A stretch of DNA of 64,000 nt from Trichoplax adhaerens. Its lineage: Eukaryota > Animalia > Placozoa. The translations under genes and the position numbers were made by a program. Below, in pieces: positions 1 through 18,107 of the stretch. Under the pieces are notes generated by a model. That model ran no database searches. It was not told the DNA's origin and was given only the letters and a program-made list of their open reading frames with translations. The stretch spans positions 518,615-582,614 of the forward strand of contig NW_002060962.1 of NCBI RefSeq assembly GCF_000150275.1, read 5' to 3'. Position 1 is the first letter of the stretch, and the number at the start of each line of letters is the position of its first letter.

Positions 1-375
1 TAAAATTGAATAAAGGTGATTCACGTATTACATACCACAATTGATGTCAATTTATTGCTGTATCATACTTATTAATCAATTTCCGAATGCAAAAGAATGA
101 CTATAAGCACGGTTTAAAGTGTAGAATATCAAGACCTTTTAAATCGTCTAATGTGGAGAATGATTTGCCATTGACGATATCATATTGTAATATCGTTACA
201 TTAATGTAAGGAGTATATCTTACTTACTCCTTTGCGAACTTCATTAATAGCACGTTTAAGTTATAGCATTTCTAGCATGATTTTGCTTAAGTTTTATACC
301 TTACTGCAATGTACGCAAATTTATACGTAGACTAGAGTTTACTTTCGCTGGTATTACTGACACATATTTAGGCCA

Positions 376-2097
376 TTAAAATTTGCGTAGTTCCCATTTT
401 ATTTCGCCAAGGTCATCATCACCAACTTTAGCTATAATATAACAAAGTAGTAGAATACAGTCGTAAATAACACAACATTCATTCAGTGCAGATTTTAATA
501 CGTACTAGATTGGGTAACGCGCGATAGTGATGATCGTTATTAACCTACCGACTTTGTTTTCAATTAATAACTTTTTCAAAGTAAGAACAAGGTTGTTTTC
601 CGCTGCTAATAAATATGATTCCGGAATATCCTTTACATAAGATACGGAATATTTAACCCATGTAGTAAACGCCAAAAAATACCCCAAATTACTATAAATA
701 CATACTCGCATACAGAACATACGAAGTCATACTATTGTAACTACACGCCAAACCTTGTATACGATTTTTGTCAATTCCATTGAAGAAGCAAGTTTACCAC
801 TCAGGCTTCTCATAACATTAAGAATCTAAGCAGGAAATAATATAATTATTTTGAAAGATGTTATACAAGAATTAAATCTTTGATCTTATAACAGTTAAAG
901 CTAATGCTGCTCACTTGGTCTTCTCTTTCTTTCCGATGAGAAATATATTCCCTGATCTTGGAATGGGCGTCCTTGATAATTGGTCCATGGCCCGGGTATA
1001 TGATTTTGCAAGGATAATTTAATAATAATTTTAACGATTGTATCAATTCGTATAAATCGTCGAATACCTATTACAATGGATAGAAAGGTTATCATTACAT
1101 ATTCAGACCAGATGCATTCAGTGGCATACATTCTGCTATCATACAATTTCAATTCGATTAGTGAAAATATTCAAAATGCAATTCGTAAATGTAGATAGGG
1201 ACCAATACAGCAATGGCTTTATTTAATACCGTTGTTCCCTGTCCTAAAATGCAATCGCCACTTAATATAGCTTCATCCTCTTGAAGATATATTGCCATAT
1301 GATCGCAACAGTGTCCTGGTGTATGTATAACTTTAAGTGTTGCTCCATCAGTCTTAATGATTTCACCATCTTCTAAATATTGGTAATGCAAGCTATTATC
1401 ATTTATAACGTCTTCTTTCCTATTGTCCTTGAACGGTAACTTCTTGATTGGTATTCTTTCGCCTATAAATGAATTCAATTATCACATTACAATTTAATTT
1501 AATTGATGACTTTTAATCATTTTACAGAGAATTGATTCTATTCATAATTATATGATTTCCGACGTGATTTCAATGCTTGAATACGCAATTAAATTAATTG
1601 AAATGCAAAGATAATATAAAACTCAGTTCTGTATTAGTACATGAGCGGACTAACCACCCAGAACGTCATTTATAACAGCGGCAATGGCTCCAACATGATC
1701 TCCATGATGATGAGTCAAGAGAATTTCTTGTAAGCCAATGTCATTCTTGAGCAAAACTTCTTTTAATTTATCAGTATAAAGAGGTATTTCAGGTTCTGAA
1801 GTATCTACCAGTATCCGTCTAGAAAGTATTGACGAATATACCAACTATGATTATGATTATAAATAGGGTAGAAAATTCAAAAATACAAATCATGTACAAT
1901 AGCTTACAATACTATACAGTAAGAATGAAATTTAATTGATTTAGTATGATATATGGATATTACTTTTTGCCTGTCCCTATAATATAAGAGTTTGTGCCCT
2001 GAAGAGTCATCATACCGGGATTGCCACCTAGTATTCGAATAACCCTGGGAGATAGTTGTGCTTCCATTTCCAATGGAACTAAACTGCCAGCAGTCAT
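376..2097 (-). CDS. LACTB2: Metallo-beta-lactamase-fold endoribonuclease LACTB2, copy A (7 exons)
   Basis: Exons ~2097-1964, 1818-1655, 1462-1230, 1067-915, 825-754, 630-549, 431-376 join in frame over GT-AG introns: [44 protein letters not shown]...[11 protein letters not shown]...HTPGHCCDH...[11 protein letters not shown]...IYPGHGP...[10 protein letters not shown]...WELRKF*. HxHxDH, TPGH, SGD and PGHGP motifs are typical of LACTB2. Confidence 0.92.
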
Positions 2098-4284
2098 TTT
2101 GAGTTGGAGTCACTAGTATTTGAAGTAAAATTTCATTATAGAATGAATTCATTAATTTGTGCTTAGCATAACATATTATTATTACATCATCTTGCATGAC
2201 ATGCTCCTTAATTATACATTAATGTATAAAAATATAATCCTATTATCAAAGAGTTTCAAACAGTCTAGCGAAGATCACCATGTCTAATATTACAGTATTA
2301 GCTATTGCAGATGTTACACAGGACAGTAGCTTGCAATAGGGCATTTTAGTGCATCATGTTATTATAACTTTGCTAATGGTAGATCCAGTAACAAAGTCAA
2401 GCAAACTTCTCTTGTACGCATAGCATACTCTACGATGTATATATTTAGCTGTGTACTGTAGTGCAAAAGCAGACTTGCAAGAAAATCAGCGAAATTTTAA
2501 CTTATTATACTATATTTGACTTAATCAAGGACTACTACTGTTCTACAACTGACATCTATATCACCCATATCACCAATCAATTAGGTTTAGTTCAATATTA
2601 ATATATGTTCACTCGTATAAAATCATGGATACTTTCGTCTTATTTTCTATCAAGTCTACACATGTATCATAGGTCAGTTAGGTTTAGATCAGTATTTATT
2701 ATTAGATTGGCATAAATCAATTTCTTTTTTGGCCATTACTAATGCTTACGTCAATGCAAGAAGGATCGTGATCATTGGGGATAAATTCAATTCTACGTAA
2801 GGTAGTGTTCCGTCTTTATTAAGATGAACGTTCTATAGGTAAAACTCATTACGTAGTTGCGTCATATCCTCAGATTTACCAATCCCACGTTTGATTATCA
2901 ATAACCGTATCTGCCAGGATACTAGATGTCGTAGTATCCATCCATCACTGGTTCAAATGTAACGTAGAAATTGAGATTTATTTAGAAGACTCAACAACAG
3001 TAGAATGGAAGCAATGTAATGGATAGTGCAAAATGTAATGTGAACTGTTTGTCAACAGGAGAAGTAGGCAGCAGAGGCATGAACTTTATAGTATCAAACT
3101 ATAATCATAAATACATAAGTTCAGTGATAGCAACAAGCCTATTTAGCATATATGCTGTATATATTCTACGTCTGGCATTCACCAAACACTACAACTTGAA
3201 TCGCATCAGGAAAGAGGCAAATTTTAAGAGAGCGTTGGAGTAGTTTGCATTTACTCCTAGGTACACTGGTATGATTCTATTTAAATTGTGTCATCTCTAT
3301 TTACTGATGACGACTCCAAGTATATCGGGAAAGAGGCAGCTTTTAAGTCGGTGTTACGCTGATGTCGTTCTGATTAAATTAAAGTGTGTCTATGTGTCGA
3401 CCTGGATTCATTTCTATCGCTGATGAAGAAGTCAATGGCACTACAATACCTTTAAATTTGCAGTTCGAATTTCAGTAGCAAGAGAATCAAGATTCTAAGT
3501 TGGTTGTAGAGCGCAGTACAGCACGTATATTAACGAATAACACTGCTCACAACCACAAGCTAGAACAACATTCTACAAGTGCAGAATCTGATTCGTTTTT
3601 TATAGGTGATGAAGAAGTGAAATACCTTTTCAATCTGGATAAAATTTCAGTAGCGAGAGCCAAGATGGAGGAGGGAGATGTTAAACCAACTGTTGGTATA
3701 GCCAGCTAAGACTATGCTTATACTATAGCTATATGTAAGTAAAAATCCCACAGAGTTGAATCATCAATCGTCATGGTAATGGTTACTGCATAGCTACCGT
3801 AGCTATGCTTGTAACACTATATAATGGTCAGTAGACTCGTCCATCGGGCCCGTGCATAATCACTGCAATGTTTTCATGGAATCGCTCAAACTAATCAAGT
3901 AGATGGATCTCCAGCACGATCAAAAGGTAAATTCTGCAATCCATTATTAGGAGCTAGGGCAAAATTATTTGTAGATACTGTCGTTGTCTTAACAAGAGAG
4001 ATTTCCTTGCAAAGAGAATTTATATGAGCTACAGGAAAATAACCATTTACTCTATGTAGTCTTGAACCGATGATACTGTTCAGTGGGGAAATTTTGTAAA
4101 AGAAGAAGAAATAACTAAGGGTGTATCAGTTGCAACTCTAGCGATTATCATTGACGAGGTAGTTTAATCAAGAAGGTGCATTAATAAATTAAAATAGTGT
4201 GTTTAATAGTGTTGTCAATAGCTGCAATACATGCAGCTTAGGTAACATCTCTAAATTTTGACTTGTAGTAAACATAGACTCAGT

Positions 4285-7004
4285 ATGACTGCTGGTTCCT
4301 TGGTTGCACTTCGCATGGTGGAAAAACTCTCTCCTAGAGTGATTCGAATATTGGGTTGTAATGCTAGACCGATGACTTTGCAAGGAACAAATTCTTATCT
4401 TGTCGGAACTGGTAAAAGGTCAGTTAAACCTCATACTATTATTATAATGATATGGAATGATTGTCTGCTCCATCATCTCATACATTATCCTCAACTTCTC
4501 CTTCTTATACTATATAATACAACAAATCTCATACTGTAGTGTATAACATTGTCCTCCATTTTCTCCTTCTTACACTATATGCTACAACAAATCTTATACT
4601 GTATAACATTGTCCTCAATTTCTCCTTCTTACAGTATATGCTACAATAAGTGTATCCTATCATGATATCAGAATATTTCTAAAGCATCATCGCATAGTTT
4701 GTTACCAAAAAAAACAACAATGTTTCCATTTCTATTTATATAGCGAGCATTGGGGAGATACCTGCAAGGTATAGATCATGTAGTTGTCAGTGTCTTGCCA
4801 ACGTGTCTGTATTAGTAAGGTTATATTTCAATTTACTCAATTTGCAACCGAGTCTCTAAGATTAAGTCATGATCAACATCACAGTATCTTTCGACCACTA
4901 GTCTCATAAATTGATTCACTCATCGTCATATTTACCTTCATTTATTGTACTGTATTTCTAGCAAACTAAAATGTGAACTGTAACAGCTGGTTATTTATTT
5001 TTGTTTTCCTCTTAGACGGTTGTTGATCGATACCTCGGATCCTGATGTTCCTGCTTATAGGAAATTACTCAATGATGTTTTAATTGAGAACGGTATTCAC
5101 GTTCAAGAAATTATTGCTACTCATCATCACATAGATCACGTAGGAGCAATTGGCGACGTTATGGATCATGTAATCGGAGGTTAATGCTGACATGATATGC
5201 GAATACAGTCCTCATTGTGATGTACCCGTAGTATATTTTTACTGACTTCCATCAGAAACTTCTTAAAAGTCCCTGCTTCCACATACGTATAGAGATGGAT
5301 ACAACTAGATTACGAGATCCTTCTTTCTCTCATATTCTCTCTATTAATAAAGGCCTATCTCTTACTATACCTTGTGTGTTAGCTCTCTATAAGACCACAG
5401 GATATATTACATATGTCTCTCAAAGTCAATGAGGATAAATACTGTACTACTAAAACTCTTGACATGGAAATTATCGGAACAAATATAAAATTCTAGTTAT
5501 TGCACCATTGCATACCTTTATACTCGTATAACCGTCATATATAGCTGCTTATAAAATGATGATAGGGTTACTACGATTTGTAAACTTATTCAGCATATTT
5601 AAAACTACAAAACAGAAATTGATTATTTAATATTGTTTAATATGATGCAGATAATAGTATTCGAATAAGCAAATTAGGATGGTATGATCATCGAAATGAA
5701 GAAATACCTGGTAGAAAAGATCTAGATTATACATATTTTAATGAAGGTGATGAAATTAAAACTGAGGGGGCAACACTGCAAGTAATTCATACGCCTGGTC
5801 ATTGCGATGATCATGTAGCGTTCCTTCTAAAAGAAGAAGATGCTATATTCAGTGGTGATTGTATTCTTGGTCAAGGAACTGGGGTAGGTATCCGCAGTTC
5901 TGTTGTCACTTTTAAATCATATCAGCTAATTGAGCATTGCAAAAACTTCCATTCATGGTGCCCCTATTTTAGCACTGAGATGTATAAAATTGATTAAGCT
6001 TAAGGTTATTAGGTTGTATCGCTATAGAAACTTACTGCGATGACTAAAATATTAATTATAGTCTTCGATTAAATTGAGCTGTAGATAATTAGTAGATGCA
6101 ATGTCATTATATTAAGTTTAGTGACTACTTTTACGTTAACGTATAGCACATTTTCAATACGTACAATAGCAATACAAGAACATACACCAAGAGGCTTATG
6201 TATCTCTACGGTAGGTATTAGTTATCTAGTTAAATGTGTTGGCTATTGTAGCATTTGTGCTTGCATGTTCTTGAATGTGTCTGATTCATGTTATTGTATA
6301 AGCCAAATATGTGTATATTATGAAATGTTACCGTATTGTATACTAATCAAAGTATTTCATCCGTTTCAGCAATTCGATGATTTATATAAACTCTTGAAAT
6401 CCTTAGAGAAGATACGTTCCTTTCAATCAAAATTAATATATCCTGGTCATGGTCCAATAATATTGGATACTGGAGCCAAAATAAATGAATACATTGAACA
6501 TCGAAAAGAAAGAGAGAAACAGGTTTTTCCTACTATTTAATTCATATTCACGAAGCTTTTTTGGTAACACCCATTAAGATAGATCAGCTCATTGGTAATT
6601 GTCAAATAAACATTCATTATTGGGTTTTATAGGTTTTAAACGTGATGACTCTTGCTAATAAAAAGCCGCTATCTACTACTCAGTTAGCGAAGATGGTCTA
6701 CCAGGTTAGTTCCTAGATAATAGTCTATACTTCATATACGCATCTGCAAGGCGCTTCTGGCTTTATATTTAACATTTATGGCTGTTAGGGAGTGCCTGAA
6801 AGTTTAATGAAAGCCGCTGAAAGTAACCTTGTTTTGACTTTAAATAAAATGGTTATTGAAAAAACAGTTGGTAGGTTTGATGTGAAGTTTAATGGTATAA
6901 TATAGCCAGCTCTATGTCGTAAAAACTAAGAATAACAAATTTAATTCTATTTAGCTAAAATTGAAGTTGACAAGCAAGAAATCAAATGGGTCATAGCAAA
7001 ATAG
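4285..7004 (+). CDS. LACTB2: Metallo-beta-lactamase-fold endoribonuclease LACTB2, copy B (7 exons)
   Basis: Same exon layout as copy A: [44 protein letters not shown]...[10 protein letters not shown]...HTPGHCDDH...[11 protein letters not shown]...IYPGHGP...[12 protein letters not shown]...KWVIAK* (TAG ends 7004). Confidence 0.92.
4482..4647. repeat. Intronic tandem repeat, ~60-64 bp unit, ~2.7 copies
   Basis: acatt(a/g)tcctc..ttctccttctta..tat..tacaacaaatct recurs at ~4482, 4546 and 4606 in intron 1 of LACTB2 copy B. Confidence 0.8.
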
Positions 7005-8130
7005 ATTTTGAAATAAGGTCAAACTTCCTGGAATTTCATAATAGGACTTATCTTGTGTTGCTTGAAGCTAATTCTAACTGCATGTACTCGTGCGTATACT
7101 AATGTGGCATTTTTACATATTTAATTTTATCGATGCATAAGCTAATTATAATCGGATAGGTTGAGAAAAAAAAGTAACTATTTTGATTATTACGAAAATT
7201 TAAACTTTTAATATAAATTAGGTTGTAATACTCTTATATACCTCATGCAGTACGTGTGCTACGGCATGAAAGCTCCTACAAATTCTGCTAGTTTTTTTCG
7301 CATAACGTAGATATTTATAATAAATAGTTTAACTTGAAAAATATCGATTTTAATAAATTCGGTATTTGTTGATGTCTTTTATTGCCTAGATATTTGTACT
7401 TTGCGAAAATACAGTGTAGTCTCAATGAAAACTTTGAGACACCTCACATGCACGCAAATTCTAAGAAACTTTCACTTTTACCGTATTTCATGTCTGTAAG
7501 CCAAATTTTATTTTATAATTGCAAATTGAAAAATAATCACCTAGTCTATATACAAATACACAAAAATTAAGTATTAATGTGTGAAAACTGTACAGATATG
7601 CTTAAACCAGATAGGAGAAATTAAATTCCTGGTATAATACGGCTATTTGTAAAAATTATATAATAGTATAGTGGTAAAGAATCGAAAGTCAACATACTAA
7701 TGATCATAAAAACCAAATTCAGAGTAAAACTTTTTCGGGAAGAACAGAAACCAATGACGAAATTTCATTTAACATTAACCCAACTATTGCTATACGTACT
7801 GTACAATGTACATATGCGTATACATAAATATGCATGATGGAAGAAACTTGACATATCAAATGGATAATAGGTAAAGTAATACCGTAAAGGGTTATTTCTA
7901 TTTAATTAAGCGCAAATTAATTGAGCATTCATTCCGTTGGTACAACGGACAATTACAAATATATCACTTAACAGCTTCTTGAACATTTTTTGAGTGTTGA
8001 AATATACAGGTACCTATTCATAAACCATCCATTGAAAATTTACAAATACAAAGATAATTTTTCCCTTGTATACCCGGTGAAAAAATCTTATTTCCAACCG
8101 TAGGTAGTATTGGTATTACATTCATCTGAA

Positions 8131-12604
<4,474 letters not shown>

Positions 12605-12920
12605 GTTGGAAAGATTCGCTTGACCTATCTACTGCTTTGGATAAAATTGCTGATATTCTGATATTGGTTAACAACAAGTCAATTCTTCACAGAGCCATTG
12701 ATACCCTGTCTATTCAATGGTGATAAACTATCGGAATTATAGTTGCTTGCGTCTTGATCAATAAGATTTACTTTTCTAAGGAAGAAAGATGAAAAATTTC
12801 CACATCAACTTTAATCCTTCTTCCCCAAGTGTAGTGGCATAGGGAGTGTTGCGCTGTGGGGTTGTCGCTTTACTGAATACACTGCGGCTATTACTATGGA
12901 AGGTCTATAGTAAAGCCGTT

Positions 12921-13057
12921 CAGTACTGTACTGTACTGTACGTTGAACTCATTGTACCTAATGCCCTTGACCAGGTGTACAGTACACTGTACAGTACTGT
13001 ACAACAAAGACACGATACATTGTACTGTATTAGATGCTGTCTTGTACTGTACAGTAC
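12921..13057. repeat. CAGTA/TACTG pentamer array upstream of the Hippo kinase gene
   Basis: Runs such as cagtactgtactgtactgtac and gtacagtacactgtacagtactgtac, ~320-450 bp upstream of the ATG at 12604. Confidence 0.8.
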
Positions 13058-14967
13058 GATAATTCTGCATTTTCAGATGAGCGTCCGGCCGTCCGTTTTT
13101 CAGATGGCGGACATGTTTTAGTGGGCAAACCACTTTGAATGAAGGTCATAGTAATTTAGCCTACAGTTCCAAACTGAATTACGGGATGCATGATTGTATA
13201 CGGGGGGTTTCTAACTTTCCAAACAGCTGAAAAGCTGACATTGACATAAATTAGAAAAATTAAAGGATGTAAATGTTTTAGATTGAAATCCAAGTTGTGT
13301 GCTTTTAAGGCATCATGGACGGATCGTTAAGCGAAAAAAAAATCCCACATTTGATATCGACAATGTAGTTTAAATCGACATGGAAAGGGTGCCATTGGCA
13401 AAATTTCCTTGCCAAATGGCACAAAACGACGCTAAATCGTGCCAATCGCACAGCTTCGAGATCGATTGAAATGATGCCATCGGTATCAAATATGGATTTT
13501 TGTACACTGAACGATCAGTTAGTGATGATAATGCAGGGCCAAAATTGGGGCTCGGCTGTTAATATTGAATATTTTATCCAATCCCTTTCTCTGGTATACA
13601 GTGCATACAGTACGGTATTGCATATGGTCCCAGTTACTGTGGCAGGTTTTCTTTCTACTTGTAACTGTACAGTAGAGGGATCCAGAATGTCAAAAATATT
13701 TCATAACGTTAGCTAGACACTTCTATATTGTGCCATATTACACTTTCTATCGTCGCTCCAAATTTCAAGTTAAGCAGTGATCAATCCATGTACTTTAACT
13801 ACGATTCTGCTTTGCACCTTCGACAAGGGACTTTCTAAATATCGAAATGTAAAGGGCCCTGATTCCAACCCTAACATTGACGTTTCCGTCATAATGAAAT
13901 GAATGTGATTCACCGGATAGCTCTTATTTGTGCTTCCTATGCTGGAAAATTTTTGTAGATCGAATAACTCTTCTTGTCAAGTCAAATTACTCATTGGCGT
14001 AGGTATACGTAGTCGCGAATATAATATTTTATATTATACTCGTATACTGATATCATGACTACAAACTATACGCTTAGGATACCAGCAATTATGCTTACTA
14101 AATAACATACTATGATATCTGGCGGTCAGATATGCGTACTTGTAGAATATGCAATCCTGTATAAGCCTAACTATAATCAATTACGACGAGTGATCCAGTA
14201 CAATAGCATAAACTCGAATTTGAAGGTAACACTGAGGTATATGAAGTATTGTAGTGAAGATACCGTTCTATTACTATTTTAGATCAGACACAAGAACTTA
14301 TTACTGATTCAAAATGACAACTGATAGATTTCAATTAATTACTGTTTACATCACAAATGTAAAATAGATAAAACATAAAGAATGATATCAGTTTCTCTTT
14401 ATATATATCGCTTCACATTATCGATAGATATTAGCAACAATACAGCATTGAGTTCCAGTCATCAACAAAGGCAGCTTAAAGCAATTTGACGTCGAAACTA
14501 AAATAACTTACAAATATCAAAGAAAAAAATCTGTCCTATATTGTCTTATGTGATATAATTGAACGAATAGCAAAGCAATAAAATCCAGTAATATTGTGCA
14601 TGTTCACTATACATAGCCTTTCTGACTGATTTAATAACATAAAACATTATACAGCACTATAATTTAATATAAGCGTGCACACATAAAATAGACGAACGTA
14701 TAGAAATTAATTGCTTTTTATAGGATTTTATACCAGTATATTGGATACACCGAATTTAATAAAGTAGTAATCAATAATAAATGGTTATGGGTGGTAAATT
14801 ATAGTTCTCATCACTATTCAGACTTTCACAGTTATCAATTGCTAGTTCATACATTGTCACTACAAAAGCTTCGTATTAAATTTAAAATATTCTATTGCAT
14901 TAAATTAGCATTTCGTTATATGTTAAAAATAAAGTGAATAATTTGGCCCAGTATAAGTAACACTACA

Positions 14968-17160
14968 TCACGATAGTGAAGCTTCTTCCAATGAACTCCT
15001 GAAGGTTCCTTTTCTAGAAATAAGCCTCCTTGAAACTGGCTTAGCTAATTCTTCTATCCTTAGTGAACATTCAGCATTTAAAGCTCGTTTTGATACTTTT
15101 AAACTATGATCTTCGTGATTAATATGATAAACTTTTGACTTTGCTAGCTGCTGAATTCGAACTGAAGCATGTGCTTTTGTAGCTGCCATGCTGACTGTAT
15201 CTATGTGAACGCGATCAGTAAGAAACTTGGGATGCAATCGCTTCGGCTTTGATAATTCTAAGATACGATCTGAACACTCGTAATCTGTAATGCTTACACG
15301 CCGCTTTTTACGCTTTTTGGTTGGTTGCTGTCTGTAATTAGAGTAGAAAAGGATGGTCAATCCAATCATGCACAGGTTTATTTTTTAGATTATACATTGA
15401 AGTATATCGTATGGCTACAACACTAAACAGATACGGTAATAATAAGATAGTCTCTAATTTTGACTGCTTAATTGTAATTTCAATACTGCATAGCCTATTG
15501 CCTTATAGTTGCTACTAATATAATATTAGCAGAATAACTACGAACGATTCATAAACAGCACTCCAGGGCCGTACAGTAAATGGCTTTTTGGGCTGCGCAA
15601 GTTGTTCAATTCGTGCGGATGCCTGACCATACTTCAAAGCACTTTCAGCGACGCTTATATTATAACGATCTAATTGAAAATTCGATGGCAATTGTTTGGG
15701 CTGTGCCAATGTTTCTATTCGTTGGCTCATGTTATAGTTCTTAGCAGAATTGCTAACACTCCAAGATGCAGAAGGCCTACGTAAGAATTATAACAATTCT
15801 AATATGAATTTGATAATCTATGGTAGTATATGAATTATCTGTAATGCATTGCTTTTTATATATTCAAAATTTAGTTCAGAAGTTTAGATTGTACCTGTCC
15901 ATCACAAATTGAGTTGGTAGTAGCTTCGGTTGTGCGAGAGCCTGGATACGTTCTGGAAGATCTGAGTCACATTTGAATAAATATGATAAACATTAGTAAT
16001 TTAAATTTAATGAAGCTCAAAGGTTATCAACAGTGCTGCAAGGATTTTGTATGAATAATCCTTTAGCAGGAGTTATACTATTGTATATCGATTTATCGCT
16101 TTTTTATGCTATGTTGGAGAATCATAACATTATAATTTAGCAACAGTCGATTTTAAGGATTAAATATTACAATGACTGATGCTATTAGAACATTTTAAGA
16201 TTACTTCTGCTTAATCAAAAAACAGTTAATTGTAATAACACCTTAAAACTATGAGATGCTTTTATGGTACGTGTCATTAATCAATTCTATATAAAGATGC
16301 TCACCCTTATCTTTTGCTTTGCTATTTTTTTCGTGTAATTCATTTAGACGCTCATACACAGAACTCCTGCAAGTAAATACATATGTAAGTTAATATTTAT
16401 ATATACATAAATTGTATAATAAAGGTGAATTTTCTTGAGTTATTTACTTATATATCGCTGCTACATGATATGGGTATTCCATATCGCACATACTACGCCG
16501 AGTATTATTAGCATTTTACGAATTACTTATAATAACTGTCTTCAATAATTATAATAATTTCTTTACGTTCAATTTTAAGTTATAGTATTCAATACAGCTA
16601 CAACTGCTGGCATTACTATTATTATTTTGCCTTGGTGAATTCCATTTTGAATCTTAATCATGGGCTATTATCTTTATATTTATCATATCGTTACCTGTTA
16701 GGTTTATGTTGAGTTGGTAACTGTCTTGGTTTCGATATAACATTAATTCGGGTTTGTTTTTCTATTTAACGATTATAATCAAATACTTATATTTTAGATG
16801 AGTAATTACTGTAGCCATAATATTAACAGTAACTTAGAAGTGATTTTACAGAACGTAGTGCATATATAGTTAAACTGTGATTGGATTACAGGAGTTTCAT
16901 TTAATGCGATTTTGGCAATATTACAAAATTCAGACTAATGAATTCAAGATGTATGACAGTACCTCATCCAGAATACTACATTTACGAATAATTTTACTAA
17001 TATTTTGCCACCGTACTAGTAAAAACTGACAGATCATGTACTATACATATATGTACTCACTTTGCATAACAACATACGAGTATACAGATTACCAAAGCAC
17101 TCATAATACTCGCACACGTATTAATTATTAAAGAATCTACTTACCAGTTGAATGATTCAT
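14968..17160 (-). CDS. THEG: THEG-repeat (testicular haploid expressed gene-like) microtubule-associated protein
   Basis: Six exons splice in frame: MNHSTEKQTRINVISKPR...ERIQALAQPK...DRPSASWSVS...QRIETLAQPK...ARIEQLAQPK...DRILELSKPK...VRIQQLAKSK...LRIEELAKP...SLS*. Repeated R-I-x-x-L-A-x-P-K units with DR-x-S-x-x-W-x-V spacers resemble THEG family repeats; family assignment from memory. Confidence 0.7.
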
Positions 17161-17759
17161 GTCGATTTCTTAATTTACTTCTAATTAAGATATTCTCGTA
17201 AATCAGATAAATAATAGCAATGGATAAGTTAGGTAAAACTAACTAAAGACTGTCGTATTCCAATATTATCTCAGCGCAGTTCGTCCAGCCAAAGCAAGTT
17301 GATTTTATCACAGTTTCAAAGGTTTTATAATACTCTCTTTTCGATTGAGTGCCACGCTTTCATTACGTCTTCTGGTTAATTACAATCTACCACCTCATAC
17401 TGAAGTAAATTTTAATGTGGAAAATATAAAATACATGCACTAGCTGCTTTATAGTAGATATGGTCCAATAAGACGTGCAATGTTGAGTTCTGTTGACTTC
17501 TGTACGTTATATTTGCAAGTAAAGATAAGAAGCGTTGAGATGCGCTGTGATTTAATCCAGTAATGATTTACAACGAATACAATATACTTATGGCTCATAG
17601 ATAGAGTGTGAATGTGGCATATTAAGAACTGTTACTAAGTGACATATAACAAAAAAAATAGAAGAATGGCTATGTAGCTATTCATTTATTCTGCAAACAT
17701 GTTTACTAGAAATTTAATACTGTTGCCTGGGCGACGCGCAAGCGGTGTTCGATTATGAT

Positions 17760-18037
17760 TACAGTACAGTACAGTACGGTATACTATACACTTATACAGT
17801 ACAGTACTGTAGAAAAGTTGATAGAACACTTACTGTACCGTATTATTTTAGAGTGTACTGTACTGCACTGTACTGTACAGTACTGTATGGCAGGGACTTC
17901 CAGTACAGTACAGTACAGTACAGACTGTAATAAGAAGTCCTTGCTGCAAATCCGTGTACTGTACTGTACTGTATTTGTAGTGTACTGTACACTGTACAGT
18001 ACAGTACTGTACAGTATGCAGTGTACATAGTACTGTA
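17760..18037. repeat. CAGTA/TACTG pentamer array in the divergent THEG/HDDC2 promoter region
   Basis: Dense alternating (acagt)n and (actgt)n blocks ending ~70 bp before the HDDC2 ATG. Confidence 0.85.
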
Positions 18038-18107
18038 GTCAAGAGTCATAGTAGCATGGTAGTGCTGCGCATGTCGTAGTAAATTGTATACAGAACTGCA
18101 TCCGGCA

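Noticed and set aside
3290-3375. Possible hammerhead ribozyme (CTGATGA...GAAA) or C/D snoRNA (TGATGA...CTGA)
   Set aside because: Stem I would be only 4 nt in total and stem II lacks the canonical G10.1-C11.1 pair. The C box lacks the leading purine and no guide complementarity was recognised.
3019-3709. ORFs 3019-3243 and 3500-3709 as a gene between the LACTB2 copies
   Set aside because: Short, no recognisable domain and no consistent splice chain.
13534-13861. CAGGGCC...GGCCCTG inverted pair as another MITE
   Set aside because: Only a 7-bp match and no target-site duplication.
17893-17901. GGGACTTCC as an NF-kB site
   Set aside because: Better explained as part of the CAGGGACT inverted terminus; a single short match is uninformative.
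17745-18049. Overlapping ORFs rich in YSTVQ/LYCTV (also 12846-13133, 20743-21084, 48071-48331)
   Set aside because: They are translations of the CAGTA/TACTG pentamer arrays, which stay open in several frames; no protein-like content.
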